Below, piece after piece: positions 11,067 to 21,434 of a stretch of DNA of 64,000 nucleotides. Both the position numbers and the translations under genes were made by a program. Origin of the DNA: Nitrospirota bacterium (GTDB lineage: Bacteria > Nitrospirota > UBA9217); assembly GCA_963737155.1 (NCBI GenBank), contig CAVTRN010000001.1, positions 704,001-768,000 of the forward strand, read 5' to 3'. The notes under the pieces were generated by a model. That model did not search any database, was not told the origin of the DNA, and saw nothing but the letters and a program-made list of their open reading frames with translations. Position 1 is the first letter of the stretch; each line of letters opens with the position of its first letter.

Positions 11067-11354
11067 CTATTTCTTGCCGAGGATTGCCTCTTTTGCAGCC
11101 TTGGCCACGCGGAACTTCACGACCTTCTTGGCCGGGATCTTGATCGCCTCGCCAGTCTGGGGGTTCCTGCCCATACGCGCCTTGCGCTGAACAAGCACGA
11201 GCTTTCCGAGACCCGGTAGCGTGAAGGCATTCTTCGCTTCCTTGTAAGCGAGCGCTGCGATGTCTTCCAAGATCTGAACTGCGAGCTTCTTCTTGATGTC
11301 CGCCTTCTTTGCGACATGGTCCGCAATCTGAGACTTTGTCATGGCTTTTGCCAT
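11067..11354 (-). CDS. hup: HU family DNA-binding protein
   Basis: LPGLGK...RKARMGRNPQTGEAIKIPAKKVVKF; AGGAGG RBS. Confidence 0.95.
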   Translation of the reverse strand: MAKAMTKSQIADHVAKKADIKKKLAVQILEDIAALAYKEAKNAFTLPGLGKLVLVQRKARMGRNPQTGEAIKIPAKKVVKFRVAKAAKEAILGKK

Positions 11355-11753
11355 AAACTTACCTCCTTACGATAATTTAGTAAAATTTCTAACTGCGCGG
11401 GGGCAGGTAGTTGCGTAATTAGAAGAAAGTATATACACTCTCCTGCTAAATAGCAAGAAAAAATTTCCATTTATCTTGGAGTATTTTTAGGGCACGCTTT
11501 TTTCAAGCAGTCAGGACGCAGAGAATGTGCTTTGTTTTCGCCCTCCGTCAAAATTGCGCCAAGATGAAGTTTGAGGAAAAGCTCCCTGATGACCTTCAAC
11601 GTTTCGCCAGAAAACTCCGGACGGGGGAGCGCTTCCCCACCCGCGCCCCTTTTCGGTATTGACTTGACTATTGCCTTTGTGATAATTTATTTCAACTTCT
11701 ATATTTCCCGCTAAACGTCAATTCATGAATTCGAAAATGGAGGGTGTACGATT

Positions 11754-11882
11754 ATGGCCACGAAAACAAATTTCATCCTGAAGGTTCAGGACAGCAAACT
11801 TGCGGATATCCAGAAAGCGCTGAAGGATGCCAACATTAACGTGGTGAGCATTCTGGAAATTCATAAGGAAGAAACACAATAG
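11754..11882 (+). CDS. Small 42-aa hypothetical protein (below the ORF-track cutoff)
   Basis: MATKTNFILKVQDSKLADIQKALKDANINVVSILEIHKEETQ; GGAGG upstream; TTGACT..GATAAT promoter-like sequence at 11659-11686. Confidence 0.6.
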   Translation: MATKTNFILKVQDSKLADIQKALKDANINVVSILEIHKEETQ

Positions 11883-12028
11883 TCCGTTTTCACCGAACGA
11901 GATCGACGTCTAACCGCGCCCACGCGGAAATTCCATTACAAGGTCTCGACGAATCTCTCCTATTTTGCGCGGGGCGGCATGACCATCCCGCCGCGACAAT
12001 CTGCTATACTTACGGTTAGAAGATAATT

Positions 12029-12292
12029 ATGAAAATATCTCTCGTTGAACTTGAAGAAGTAGCGAAAGCCCTCTCTATCAAGGTATCCTATGACGACCTC
12101 AAGACATCGAGAGGCGGCTCATGCAGGGTCATGGAAACCCGACGGATCATCATTAATAAGCGTCTTCAAAACAGCGAGAAGCTTAACCTCCTGGCGCGGG
12201 AATTGGGCGGCTTTGATTTAAGCGGCCTTGATATTTCTGACAAGATAAGGAAAAAGATCGACGAAGAAGCAGAACAGCGGCCCGGGAAATAA
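12029..12292 (+). CDS. Small hypothetical protein, degenerate IrrE/ImmA N-terminal-like
   Basis: GGSCRV..RIIINKRL...LAREL, at the position where a HEL zinc motif would be. Confidence 0.6.
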   Translation: MKISLVELEEVAKALSIKVSYDDLKTSRGGSCRVMETRRIIINKRLQNSEKLNLLARELGGFDLSGLDISDKIRKKIDEEAEQRPGK

Positions 12293-12360
12293 TCGACGAA
12301 ACAGACGGTCGCTGTCCCTTGTTCTTCTGTCCGGGGCTGAACCGTGAGAGGCGGCAGCGT

Positions 12361-12879
12361 ATGAAAAAAATCGTGGTACTTTCACTTATCACGCTGCTAT
12401 TCCAGGGCTGTAGTTATGCTATTTCCCGATCAATGACCGCTCAAGCGGACAAGACCATCACCTTCGAAATGCTCCAGACAGATCCCGACATCTTCAAAGG
12501 CAAAATCATCATTATCGGCGGTACTATCGAGCAAATCAATAATACAAAACAGGGAACCCTGATTGAGGTCATCCAGAAGCCTCTTGATTACTGGGGCAAA
12601 CCGAGACGTACGAACAGGACCGGCGGTAACTTCCTTATTTTCTATCCCGGTTATCTTAATACCATGATTTTTACTCCGGACCGGCAAGTTACCGTGGCCG
12701 CCGAGATAGAAGGAACGCGATTTAAAGCCCTCGGTGAAAAGGATTTCACCTACCCCATCGTACTGGCCAAAGAGCTTAAACTCTGGGAGCAGGATAGCCA
12801 GGCCTGGTACAAACTGAAGTGGTTTGATCCGCTGATGAATAACCCTTTGGGACATCCGGCCAGCCCTGCCCAAGAGTGA
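12361..12879 (+). CDS. Slp family outer-membrane lipoprotein
   Basis: Lipobox FQGC; GGTI..IEVIQKPLD..G.P pattern. Confidence 0.8.
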   Translation: MKKIVVLSLITLLFQGCSYAISRSMTAQADKTITFEMLQTDPDIFKGKIIIIGGTIEQINNTKQGTLIEVIQKPLDYWGKPRRTNRTGGNFLIFYPGYLNTMIFTPDRQVTVAAEIEGTRFKALGEKDFTYPIVLAKELKLWEQDSQAWYKLKWFDPLMNNPLGHPASPAQE

Positions 12880-13072
12880 TTGCCAAACGCGGCCGGTATG
12901 GAGAAAAACGGCCATAAAACTACGCCCGCTGCGAGCGCCATCGGCCCTCTTCCTTCCGACTGAGGTCATTGTTTTGCAATGCGTTCTTTTGCAATTGCAC
13001 CGTCTTTGCTAATGATAGCAGCGATGAGTATTTGTCTGTTTTTTGGCGAAAAACATTACTTTTTTAGTTACG

Positions 13073-13125
13073 TTGCGACCAGCATCTTATATCCCTGCCC
13101 TGAAGAAACGGCGTTTTATGACGCA
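13073..13125 (-). repeat. Orphan IS200/IS605 left-end-like sequence (copy A)
   Basis: Minus strand AAAACGCCGTTTCTTCAGGGCAGGGATATAAG; about 39 bp similar to 47638-47677. Confidence 0.5.
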
Positions 13126-13375
13126 GAAGGATAGAGTTCCGGTACCCGCCTCTGGACGAAAAGTTCGTTCATGCGTGGAGACCCTGCAGGTTCGCAGTTT
13201 TTCTCGGCATCGGTATGTGGACCAGCATGTAGCCGCTGATCTGCAGCAATACTACGGGTTAATCGGCATTCTAAGACGAAGGGAAACCATCATGAACCAT
13301 GCTCCGGAAATAGGGATGAATGGTTTGTGCGACTTCGTCCCGCGTGGTTAGTTACATCTGTCAGCGAGGCCAAAC

Positions 13376-15202
13376 ATGAAGAAAAGCTCTCAAATACTGT
13401 TTTATGTGCTTTTGGCGCTCATGTTCATCAGTCTTTTTCGGCTTTTTTCCGAGACGCCTACGGAAGAGATACCCTACAGCACTTTCAGGACGCTTCTGTC
13501 TGAAAAAAAAGTGGATGACCTGGTCATCACGCGGGACCTGATTAAGGGAACCCGCACGCCCGAGAAAAGCAAGGAGGAGAAGGGAAAACCGTTCACCGTC
13601 GTGCGCATCGACGATCCCGATCTCGTGAAATCCCTTGAAGCAAGCGGTATCTCCTATCGTGGTGAAGTTTCGGATAACTGGATCAAGGATTTTTTGCTTA
13701 CTTGGATACTGCCCCTCGCCGTCCTTATGCTGATTTGGAGTTTTGTTTTCCGAAGAATGAGTGCAGGGGGGCCCGGTGAATCTTTTATGAGCTTCGGCAA
13801 GTCGAGGGCCAAAATCTACGGGGAAAGCGACGTGAAGGTCACGTTTAGTGATGTTGCCGGCGTAGATGAGGCAAAAGAAGAGCTTATGGAAATCATCGAA
13901 TTTCTCCGCCATCCCGAGAAGTTCACCAAGCTCGGTGGCCGCATTCCCAAAGGTGTGCTGCTCGTCGGCCCGCCTGGCACTGGAAAAACGCTTCTCTCGA
14001 AAGCCGTGGCCGGGGAAGCTAAGGTGCCCTTTTTTTCCATGAGTGGATCGGAGTTTGTCGAAATGTTCGTGGGTGTCGGCGCGTCCCGTGTTCGCGATCT
14101 GTTCCAGCAGGCCATGCAGAAAGCGCCGTGCATCATCTTCATCGACGAGCTCGACGCCCTTGGTCGCGCACGCGGTACCGGTATGGCAGGTGCTCATGAA
14201 GAGCGCGAGCAGACTCTTAACCAGCTGCTGGCCGAGATGGACGGCTTCGACCCGCGAAAAGGCGTAATCATTATGGCGGCGACGAATCGTCCCGAAATTC
14301 TTGACCCGGCACTACTCCGGCCCGGACGTTTCGACCGGCACGTGCTCGTAGACCGGCCGAACATCAAGGACCGGGAAGACATCTTGAAGATCCACATCAG
14401 GGGCGTCAAGCTTTCGAAAGACGTGGACATCTCCGTGCTTGCCGCGCGCACGCCGGGGTTCGTGGGCGCCGATCTCGCGAACATCGTCAACGAGGCCGCG
14501 CTTCTTGCTGCACGAAAGAACAAGACCGAAGTTGATATGACCGATTTTGAAGCGGCAATCGACCGCATTGTGGCCGGACTGGAGAAAAAGCGGCGGGTGA
14601 TGAACGGGAAGGAAAAGGAAACCGTCGCCTACCACGAGTGCGGCCATACCATCATGGCTGAGCTTTTGCCGTCCACGGACCCGGTCCACCGCGTCTCGAT
14701 CGTTCAACGGGGCATCGCTGCACTGGGGTATACACTCCAGCTTCCGACTGAGGACCGTTATTTGATGACCAAGACCGAGCTTCAGGACAAGCTCTGTGTC
14801 ATGCTCGGCGGCCGCGTGGCCGAGGAGATTATTTTCCACGAAGTTTCGACAGGCGCGCAGAATGATCTTCAACGCGCGGCGAATATTGCACGCAGCATGG
14901 TCACGGAATACGGCATGACGGAAAAGTTCGGTCCACTCACCTTTGAAAAGGAGCACCGGCCAATGTTTCTCGATATCGGACTGCCGTCGGGATCCAAGGA
15001 ATACAGCGAGGACACGGCCCGCGAGATCGATCAAGAAGTCAAACGACTTGTCCATGACGCTTATAAAAGGGTCCAGGAAATGCTGACCGCCAATCAGGAC
15101 AAGCTGAAGAGACTTGCATCGGTGTTGCTGGAAAAGGAAACCATCGAAGGAGAGGAGATCAGGAAGATTCTAGATCTTCCCGAAAAGAAACAGCAGATGT
15201 AA
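13376..15202 (+). CDS. ftsH: ATP-dependent zinc metalloprotease FtsH
   Basis: Two TM helices, [30 protein letters not shown]. Confidence 0.97.
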   Translation: MKKSSQILFYVLLALMFISLFRLFSETPTEEIPYSTFRTLLSEKKVDDLVITRDLIKGTRTPEKSKEEKGKPFTVVRIDDPDLVKSLEASGISYRGEVSDNWIKDFLLTWILPLAVLMLIWSFVFRRMSAGGPGESFMSFGKSRAKIYGESDVKVTFSDVAGVDEAKEELMEIIEFLRHPEKFTKLGGRIPKGVLLVGPPGTGKTLLSKAVAGEAKVPFFSMSGSEFVEMFVGVGASRVRDLFQQAMQKAPCIIFIDELDALGRARGTGMAGAHEEREQTLNQLLAEMDGFDPRKGVIIMAATNRPEILDPALLRPGRFDRHVLVDRPNIKDREDILKIHIRGVKLSKDVDISVLAARTPGFVGADLANIVNEAALLAARKNKTEVDMTDFEAAIDRIVAGLEKKRRVMNGKEKETVAYHECGHTIMAELLPSTDPVHRVSIVQRGIAALGYTLQLPTEDRYLMTKTELQDKLCVMLGGRVAEEIIFHEVSTGAQNDLQRAANIARSMVTEYGMTEKFGPLTFEKEHRPMFLDIGLPSGSKEYSEDTAREIDQEVKRLVHDAYKRVQEMLTANQDKLKRLASVLLEKETIEGEEIRKILDLPEKKQQM

Positions 15203-15883
15203 TCATTTTTTCTTTTTTAAAAATGCCACAAACGCTCCCGAGCCACCTTTATCTCGCGGCGCGGAGGAAAATTCGGCAACCATTCCCCTACCCCGACCTC
15301 GCAGCCACTCTTCAACGGCACCCCGCAACACAGGCCCTTCCGGTGAATTGATGCCTTTCCCCGTAATGACGAGCACCGCTTCCATATCGCGGCTGAATGC
15401 GCTCGTGATAAAGTGCTCAAGCCGGCTTACCGCTTCATCACGAAGAAGTCCGTGCAGATCTAGTTCCTGATTGATGCGTATCGTCCCGCGCTTTAGCTGC
15501 CGCATGCGGCTGGTCGGTGAGCGGTGCTGCCTGCCTTCTGTTTCGTCCGCACTCTGATGAAAATCGACGAGGGTAGTTCCCACTTGCCGCATTGCTTGGA
15601 GAAAGAGCTGCTGGTCCTGCGTGGCCGGCGTAAAATCCTCATCCTTTGACAGCTGTTGCCTCGAAGGTTCTCGGGAAGGCGCACTTTCATTCCGTATTTT
15701 CCGGGCGCCCGCAACAGCCCGGAGGAAGAGTTCGCTGTCGTCTTCGACCTCCTTAAGTTCCTCGCTTTTTGGATGTTCCCTCGCTACTACAGATGCTTCA
15801 GCCGGTTTCAGGCTTTTGAGAACATGAAAGGGTTTGTTTTTATAAACCGGTGTTGATTGTGCAGTAGGTTTTTTCTTTTTCAT
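15203..15883 (-). CDS. Smr/MutS2 C-terminal domain protein
   Basis: ELDLHG, VITGKG, GGSGAF motifs. Confidence 0.9.
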   Translation of the reverse strand: MKKKKPTAQSTPVYKNKPFHVLKSLKPAEASVVAREHPKSEELKEVEDDSELFLRAVAGARKIRNESAPSREPSRQQLSKDEDFTPATQDQQLFLQAMRQVGTTLVDFHQSADETEGRQHRSPTSRMRQLKRGTIRINQELDLHGLLRDEAVSRLEHFITSAFSRDMEAVLVITGKGINSPEGPVLRGAVEEWLRGRGRGMVAEFSSAPRDKGGSGAFVAFLKKKK

Positions 15884-16009
15884 AGGAGATAATGCTGCGT
15901 CATGGGCAGGAAGGCCATAGAATCTGTTGGTATGGTTACTGACCCTTCTACTACTGCCGTTGTGTCCGATTCTGATGCACAATAGATCCCCTTTTTTCTT
16001 TGAGATTCA

Positions 16010-16680
16010 GGTCCTTGCTCTCAAAATAAGACGGATCTATCGTATGATGGCAAGAAGTCTCGGGCAACCCAATTCGTATTACTACGACAAAAACAGAAGA
16101 GTAAAGCCTGGGACAAAACAGTGGGTATTCTCCGCGAAATATCTTGCACTTTAAAAAGCATTAGCAAACACCCAAAGTGCTCTTGCCCAGACCAGAACGC
16201 TTGCTCACAACAGCTTAGCCGATGATATCCTTTCCCTCGGCACCAACATCAGCATCGAGAAATTACCATACGCAGCGTTTAAAAAAAACATTTGACAAAA
16301 GTGTATCGAGACCTCCTTCAGGTATGTTCGTCGAGATTCTTGGCCGCAACGCTGAGTATGATGGCGGCAAGGTGACCGAGTTCTCTGCCCGAAGCACGAA
16401 ACTATCGCAGACATGCACGTGCGATAACACTAAGGAAGAAAGCACTCAAAAACTGATGGCATGCATGCTAAAAATGTGGGGCCAGAACTCAATACGGTCT
16501 ATTTTTCGCGTATCTGGAACCGTTCGTAGATAACAGCTTTTTAGACATTCGTCAGATTGCTGTAGCCTAGCAGAGCGCAGCCTACTTCTGAAACGGGCGA
16601 TGTCGTAGTTGAATGAAGAAGCAGCGAATGGTAGAAACCACCCGACCAGTTTTGGTCCCGTGAAATATAACAATATATGC
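16010..16680 (+). pseudogene. tnpB (IS200/IS605) pseudogene
   Basis: Frameshifted pieces RMMARS..NSYYYDKN..WVFSAKY, AHNSLADDIL..EKLPYAAF, PSGMFVEILGRNAE..KLSQTC.C; same subfamily as the 8.5-9.3 kb relic. Confidence 0.8.
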
Positions 16681-16800
16681 CAGGGACATGGCCACTTGCC
16701 CGTTAAAGACAGTTGAACAATCTTAACGTAAGATATTATCAATAATGGACCATGCTTGTCAATTGACGAATCCGGGATTCCCGAATCGACGTCGGGGCCC

Positions 16801-18320
16801 GTTGCCTCATAATAAAATGTTACCGGAAGATAATATGAACTTAGTCAGGTTTTTTAGTTGAAATTTATCTATGAGGCTCTCAAATATAACTGACTCCTCT
16901 GGCCAAGACACTTTTAGAGATTTAGGATGTAACACATCGCAGCTTAAAAAATAGGCTTCGTAGGATGGCTGTATTTGAATTCTCTGAGGCTGGGACATAC
17001 CTCACCATACTCCTCATTCGGCCTCTTATAGCAATCTGCCCGCTTCCGCCTCGATAGCGGCGATCGCATAGATGTAAGATTTGAATTTAAGGTTTTCCTC
17101 CAAGGATATTCTGAGTTCAAACGGGTTTAGTGTTTTGTATTGTTCTTTGAGGTTTTGCTTTATTTCTTCCGAGACCTGGGGAGACTCCAGAACTCTTTGA
17201 TAAGGGGTTTTGGGCTTATCATAGCGTTTCACTGTCTTTGAAGCAATACGTTTCTTCTCTATCAGCTTCATCGAAGGGCAGAAGAAGTTCAGAAACAGCC
17301 TCCACTCGGAGGTATAGAGTTCGTTCATGAGAGGAACGACTTCTGGAGAGTCTAGACGATCATAACCGAGCCATTGTCTAACGTGGGTCCAGTTCTTCTG
17401 CTCCACGTGGGCATTATCGTCTTTTTTATAGGCCCTGCTCCGAGTAAACTGGGTCGGCCGATTTCTATCCTCTGTCAGATACCTGAGAAGGTGGTAGTTC
17501 AGGAACTCACTGCCATTGTCCGAGTCAAATCCCAAAATTGGGAACGGCAGGGAGCGTTCAATATCCTTGATCTGGTCGATAACGCCCTGATAGTTTTTGC
17601 CCCAGACGGCGCGCTGTTCCGTCCAACCTGTGGCGATTTCCACGCAGTCAACAGTATTGGCATACATGCCTTCAGTGGAGCTTCCGCAATGGGCAACGGT
17701 GTCCGCTTCCAGGAATCCGGGTCGAAATTCGTTCCACTGGTTGGTCCTGATGGGGATATGATTTCTTAAGAGCGTCCCCGGTTTCGTTGTGGCCCTTCCG
17801 TGCTGCGCATATCTGGCACGGACCGGTTTTAATATCCGATCGATCGTTGGGGGTGATATACGGAGCAATGCCCCGGCCACCTCCTGGGAGATCGGCCCAT
17901 AGGTTTCGATATACCCCCGCAGCCAAAGAGGGATGATCGCCTTAAGCCGCTTGGAGCAAGGAAGGTTGGCCGCCTTCCAGATGCGCTGAAGCGGCATACG
18001 GAGGAGCTCGACGTCATATACTTGTTTTCTCCCGCGCTTGCCTGGTGTCTTTTGCGTAAAACGCCGGAATGTCCGTAAGAGTCGCAGCGCATGCTTGCGG
18101 TGATAATGACAGGCAGCGCAGAACTCGTTCAGCATTGCAGTCTTTATTTTGCGGGAGGAAACCCGGTATCGTTTGACAATCGCTTCAAGATACTCTCGTT
18201 TAGATCGTGGACTCATCAGAACTAGCCCTCCTTTTGGGGGTATAATTCCGGTAACATGAATTATGAGTCAACGATATAATTCAGGATTCACTTGGGTAAC
18301 ATTTATTGTGAGTCAATTCG
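16801..18320 (-). mobile_element. IS with rve integrase-domain transposase (ISNCY/IS481-like) and repeated end motifs
   Basis: GGTAACAT..ATTRTGAGKCAA-like motif twice at 18250-18317 and once inverted at 16801-16826. Confidence 0.7.
17026..18216 (-). CDS. DDE (rve) transposase
   Basis: YHRKHALRLL, PGFLEADTVAHCG, GFDSDNGSEF, FTRSRAYKKDDNAHVEQKN; GGAGG RBS. Confidence 0.9.
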   Translation of the reverse strand: MSPRSKREYLEAIVKRYRVSSRKIKTAMLNEFCAACHYHRKHALRLLRTFRRFTQKTPGKRGRKQVYDVELLRMPLQRIWKAANLPCSKRLKAIIPLWLRGYIETYGPISQEVAGALLRISPPTIDRILKPVRARYAQHGRATTKPGTLLRNHIPIRTNQWNEFRPGFLEADTVAHCGSSTEGMYANTVDCVEIATGWTEQRAVWGKNYQGVIDQIKDIERSLPFPILGFDSDNGSEFLNYHLLRYLTEDRNRPTQFTRSRAYKKDDNAHVEQKNWTHVRQWLGYDRLDSPEVVPLMNELYTSEWRLFLNFFCPSMKLIEKKRIASKTVKRYDKPKTPYQRVLESPQVSEEIKQNLKEQYKTLNPFELRISLEENLKFKSYIYAIAAIEAEAGRLL

Positions 18321-18454
18321 GGGGGCAATTAGTAATTGACTCATCCCGCCTTTTTTGATATATTACTATACTGTATTGCAATACTTATATATTGAAAAGG
18401 TGATCTTTCATCGCACTGTTGCAGGAGCCAATAAAACAGCATTTCGAGGTTGTC

Positions 18455-18829
18455 ATGATGGTAATAACGGATTCAAAACTGCTTGCACTCAAGAAGAAGC
18501 TTATCAAACAACGTCAAGAGCTACTTTCCGAGGCCGAGCAAACGTTGAACAGTAAAATCAGCACGGAAAAAGAAAGTTTTCCCGACCCGACGGACCAGGC
18601 TGTGGCCGAACTGGATAATAATTTCCTGCTGAAACTGCGGGGTCGCGAACAGAGGCTTCTCAAGAAGATTGATGGGGCCATTTCCCGAATCGACAGCGGC
18701 AACTATGGTGTATGTGAATCCTGCGGCGGCCAGATCAATATCAAGCGCCTTGAAGCGCGGCCCGTGACAACTTTGTGCATTGAGTGCAAAACAGCGCAGG
18801 AAGAAGAGGAAAAGCGGCAGGCTGACTGA
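18455..18829 (+). CDS. dksA: RNA polymerase-binding protein DksA
   Basis: PDPTDQA coiled-coil tip; CESCG..RLEARP..LCIECK zinc finger. Confidence 0.92.
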   Translation: MMVITDSKLLALKKKLIKQRQELLSEAEQTLNSKISTEKESFPDPTDQAVAELDNNFLLKLRGREQRLLKKIDGAISRIDSGNYGVCESCGGQINIKRLEARPVTTLCIECKTAQEEEEKRQAD

Positions 18830-18855
18830 CCCTATCCGTTTAAAACCAAATAACA

Positions 18856-19006
18856 AGTGAATTACCCCGCAGCAAGCTGCGGGGCATCGGAACTTGAAAC
18901 CTTAAAAAAGCACAACAAAGAAGCTGAAGACTTATCCTGGCTTCGCCAGGATGTCCTTTTCATCCCAGCAGCAAGCTGCTGGGTATTTCAGGACTGTTTT
19001 ATAAAT
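18856..19006 (-). mobile_element. 151-bp IS200/IS605-derived MITE, copy 1
   Basis: Identical to 25093-25243; three hairpins; minus strand begins TTTAT and ends GGGGTAATTCAC. Confidence 0.85.
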
Positions 19007-19007
19007 G

Positions 19008-19043
19008 AACAAGGGGCTAATCTAACAAGGTTAGCCCCTTGTT
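19008..19043. terminator. Hairpin, probably the original tRNA-Val terminator / bidirectional
   Basis: AACAAGGGGCTAA...TTAGCCCCTTGTT adjacent to the degenerate att copy. Confidence 0.65.
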
Positions 19044-19047
19044 TTCT

Positions 19048-19092
19048 ATGATGGCTGATGCTGGGATTGTACTAGAACCCTGCTGAGTGAAA
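19048..19092 (-). repeat. Degenerate att site (copy of tRNA-Val 3' half)
   Basis: ATGATGGCTGATGCTGGGATTGTACTAGAACCCTGCTGAGTGAA aligns with ATGGTGGGCGATGCTGGGTTTGAACCAGCGACCCCTGCCGTGTGAA at 22707-22752. Confidence 0.75.
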
Positions 19093-19112
19093 CAAAGTTT
19101 ATGCCATTACCT

Positions 19113-19410
19113 CTGTACATCCTCATAATCGTTAATAACAACTTTGTATTGTTTTTTTTTAGCGTAAGACCCCATTGGCATCACTAACGTGACCAAAGGC
19201 GGATAGGACTTCAGATTGAGTCCTCGTCGGCGTCTCCAAACGACACTCCGCTTTCCTGTCGCCTTCCTGCATCAGCACCACAGAGTCAAATCCATTCATG
19301 TCCTCTATCACATCTTTCGCTGTACTCTTTATGCGCGAGGAGTTGAGCCGAAGTTCCATCCGGCGTAAATGTCACTTCTTCTCAACGCGGGCAAAAATGG
19401 GCAGTGGGAG
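19113..19410 (-). pseudogene. IS1634-like transposase 3' remnant with right end
   Basis: LRRMELRL..TAKDVIEDM..RLETPTRTQSEVLSAFG; homologous to 3320-3480. Confidence 0.6.
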
Positions 19411-19511
19411 GCAGAGATTGAATTCATAAGAATGGAAGACCTCTCCTGTTTTCTCTTTCCTAATCCCTTTCTTCTGATATAATATCCTCTATTCCAACAC
19501 CGGAGCTTCAA

Positions 19512-19727
19512 ATGGCAATTAATGCGAAAGTTGAAGGTAACAAACTAATCATAACCGCTGACCTTGAAACACTAACACCGGGTGCATTGAGAAAAAAGCT
19601 ACTGGTTGTAAGCGCAAGGGGAAACAAGGACACAGATGTGATGATTGATGGTAAGAGAGTGATTATCGGTATGAATGCTTATTTCAGGAAGACGGAAAAG
19701 GGACACCACCCGAGCTACAAAAAATAA
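19512..19727 (+). CDS. Small hypothetical protein
   Basis: VEGNKLIITADL..LVVSARGN..IGMNAY; GGAG RBS. Confidence 0.65.
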   Translation: MAINAKVEGNKLIITADLETLTPGALRKKLLVVSARGNKDTDVMIDGKRVIIGMNAYFRKTEKGHHPSYKK

Positions 19728-19740
19728 ATTGGAGGTAATG

Positions 19741-20199
19741 ATGAAGCATAAGTGGCTTGTGTCGGCGATTTATTGTCTGTTTATAATTTGTTTGTCGCTT
19801 ACATCGTTTGGAGAGGGTGCAAATGAATCCGGAAGAGATGGCAATTGGTGGCTGTCTCAATCCGCAGATTTCAAGCCCTCCTATGTTGCAGGATTCCTCG
19901 ATGGGATAGAACTTGGAAATGACTTTTCATATTGGAATTTATTAATTTCCGAAGATATAAATAAAAAGCAGTGTAGTTCTTATGCCATTGATAGTTACAC
20001 AACTTATTTTAACAAATATATGAGAAAAGTCACCGATGGTCAAATTGTAAAAGGGTTGAACGCATTCTATTCAGATTATAAAAATAAAAAAATATTATTG
20101 CACAATGCTGTATGGCTTGTTGTAAATGGTATCGAAGGAACACCACAGAAAGAACTTGATATGATGATTGAGAGTTGGAGAAAGAATACTCAAGATTAG
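19741..20199 (+). CDS. Secreted hypothetical protein
   Basis: GGAGG RBS, signal peptide, intact 152-aa ORF. Confidence 0.65.
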   Translation: MKHKWLVSAIYCLFIICLSLTSFGEGANESGRDGNWWLSQSADFKPSYVAGFLDGIELGNDFSYWNLLISEDINKKQCSSYAIDSYTTYFNKYMRKVTDGQIVKGLNAFYSDYKNKKILLHNAVWLVVNGIEGTPQKELDMMIESWRKNTQD

Positions 20200-20282
20200 A
20201 TTTAAATGTTATTTGGTGGTGGTTTCGTCTTTCCGCAATAGCGGGGTTTTATTCTCGAAGCGTTAAAAGAACTTTATTTATT

Positions 20283-20520
20283 GTGTCATCCAAAATTCTT
20301 GTTGTTGACGATTCGACTGCGCTTCGTCAATTTTATATAATTACATTAGTCAGATGCATATAACCCGTTCTTGCGGCACTCAATGGACTGGAGGGACTGA
20401 ATCGACCTGCCAGTAACGCTGATGTAAATCTTCTTATTGTTGATATACATATGCCTCACGAGAACGGTCTTCAATTCATCAAGTGTATCAAGGAGCAGGA
20501 AGCCCTCCAACTTGCAACGG
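20283..20520 (+). pseudogene. CheY-like response regulator pseudogene
   Basis: KILVVDDSTALR, frameshift, then NGLEGL..LLIVDIHMPHENGLQFI. Confidence 0.75.
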
Positions 20521-20640
20521 ATCTTTTGATAAATCCATTCACATCAACAGAAATACATGCGGTGGGTGGAAAACATATTTCTCAAGAGGTTTTTGAATTA
20601 AAAACAGCTATAGACTCCGTATCAAGAGGAAGTCTAACCC

Positions 20641-20829
20641 ATGTTAGAAACTAAAGATTTCGCTACAGGATGCCTGACGATAATATTATGCATAATATTA
20701 ATTCCATTATTTTATCTCGTCTTCAGATTGGCTCTCTACTTTGCTATTTTTATCGCAATCGTGATTGGAATTACCGTAGGGATAACTTTTATAGGAAGAA
20801 TTGTTAGATACTTTGTCACCGGGAAATGA
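20641..20829 (+). CDS. Small membrane protein
   Basis: Hydrophobic 62-aa ORF with GAGG RBS. Confidence 0.5.
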   Translation: MLETKDFATGCLTIILCIILIPLFYLVFRLALYFAIFIAIVIGITVGITFIGRIVRYFVTGK

Positions 20830-21115
20830 TTTTGTAATTAAAACTGGTTCTGCTTCTACTTATTCTCGCTCTGCCCTTCAACGTATCTGCAAAAGATCTC
20901 ACGCTTAACAATACTTCTATTCAAGTTTATTTCTCTCCCAACGTGGGTTGCACAGAAGCCATCGTAAATGTCTCGACAAGGTAAAGACTGAAATGTTGGT
21001 TCAAGCCTATTCTGTGACATCAAGACCATAGCCAAAGCTCTCGCAGAATCTCACCAACGAAGAGGCCAGGTAGAAATCATTCTCGACAAATCTAAGCGGT
21101 CTAAAATTATAGTGC
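20826..21115 (+). pseudogene. PLD-family (Nuc-like) endonuclease pseudogene, 5' part
   Basis: Signal peptide, IQVYFSP..CTEAIV, LVQAYS, AKALAE, VEIILDKS, with frameshifts. Confidence 0.7.
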
Positions 21116-21434
21116 GTGAGGTTTCACTGCTCATATAATCCAAATTTGAGGCGGGTGCTATCTGATAATCAGAAAAAGTCAATCGCTGAACGGACAAGAA
21201 CCTATCGTTTTAAGAAAAAGAAACATTTTCCCGGCCTGAGAAGGGTAAAGCATAAGGCAGGGGCAGCAATCGGGATTTACCATGACGAAAAATATGCTGA
21301 ATACAACATCAAGAGCCGATTATGCAGGGCGAGAGCTGCCTAAACTAAGCAGTGGTGTGCCAAAAATCTCTTGATAATCACTACATAATAATTCAGTGTG
21401 CAGTGAATTGTGCAATGCATAACGGAGAGTAATA

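Noticed and set aside
13043-13351. 102-aa ORF upstream of ftsH
   Set aside because: No RBS or recognisable motif, and it overlaps the IS-end-like repeat
13361-15055. Long antisense ORFs opposite ftsH (similar ones oppose mfd, mnmE, purL and the ISL3 genes)
   Set aside because: Shadow ORFs of well-supported genes
18857-19051. 64-aa ORF MNYPAASCGAS...
   Set aside because: It is a translation of the MITE, not a gene
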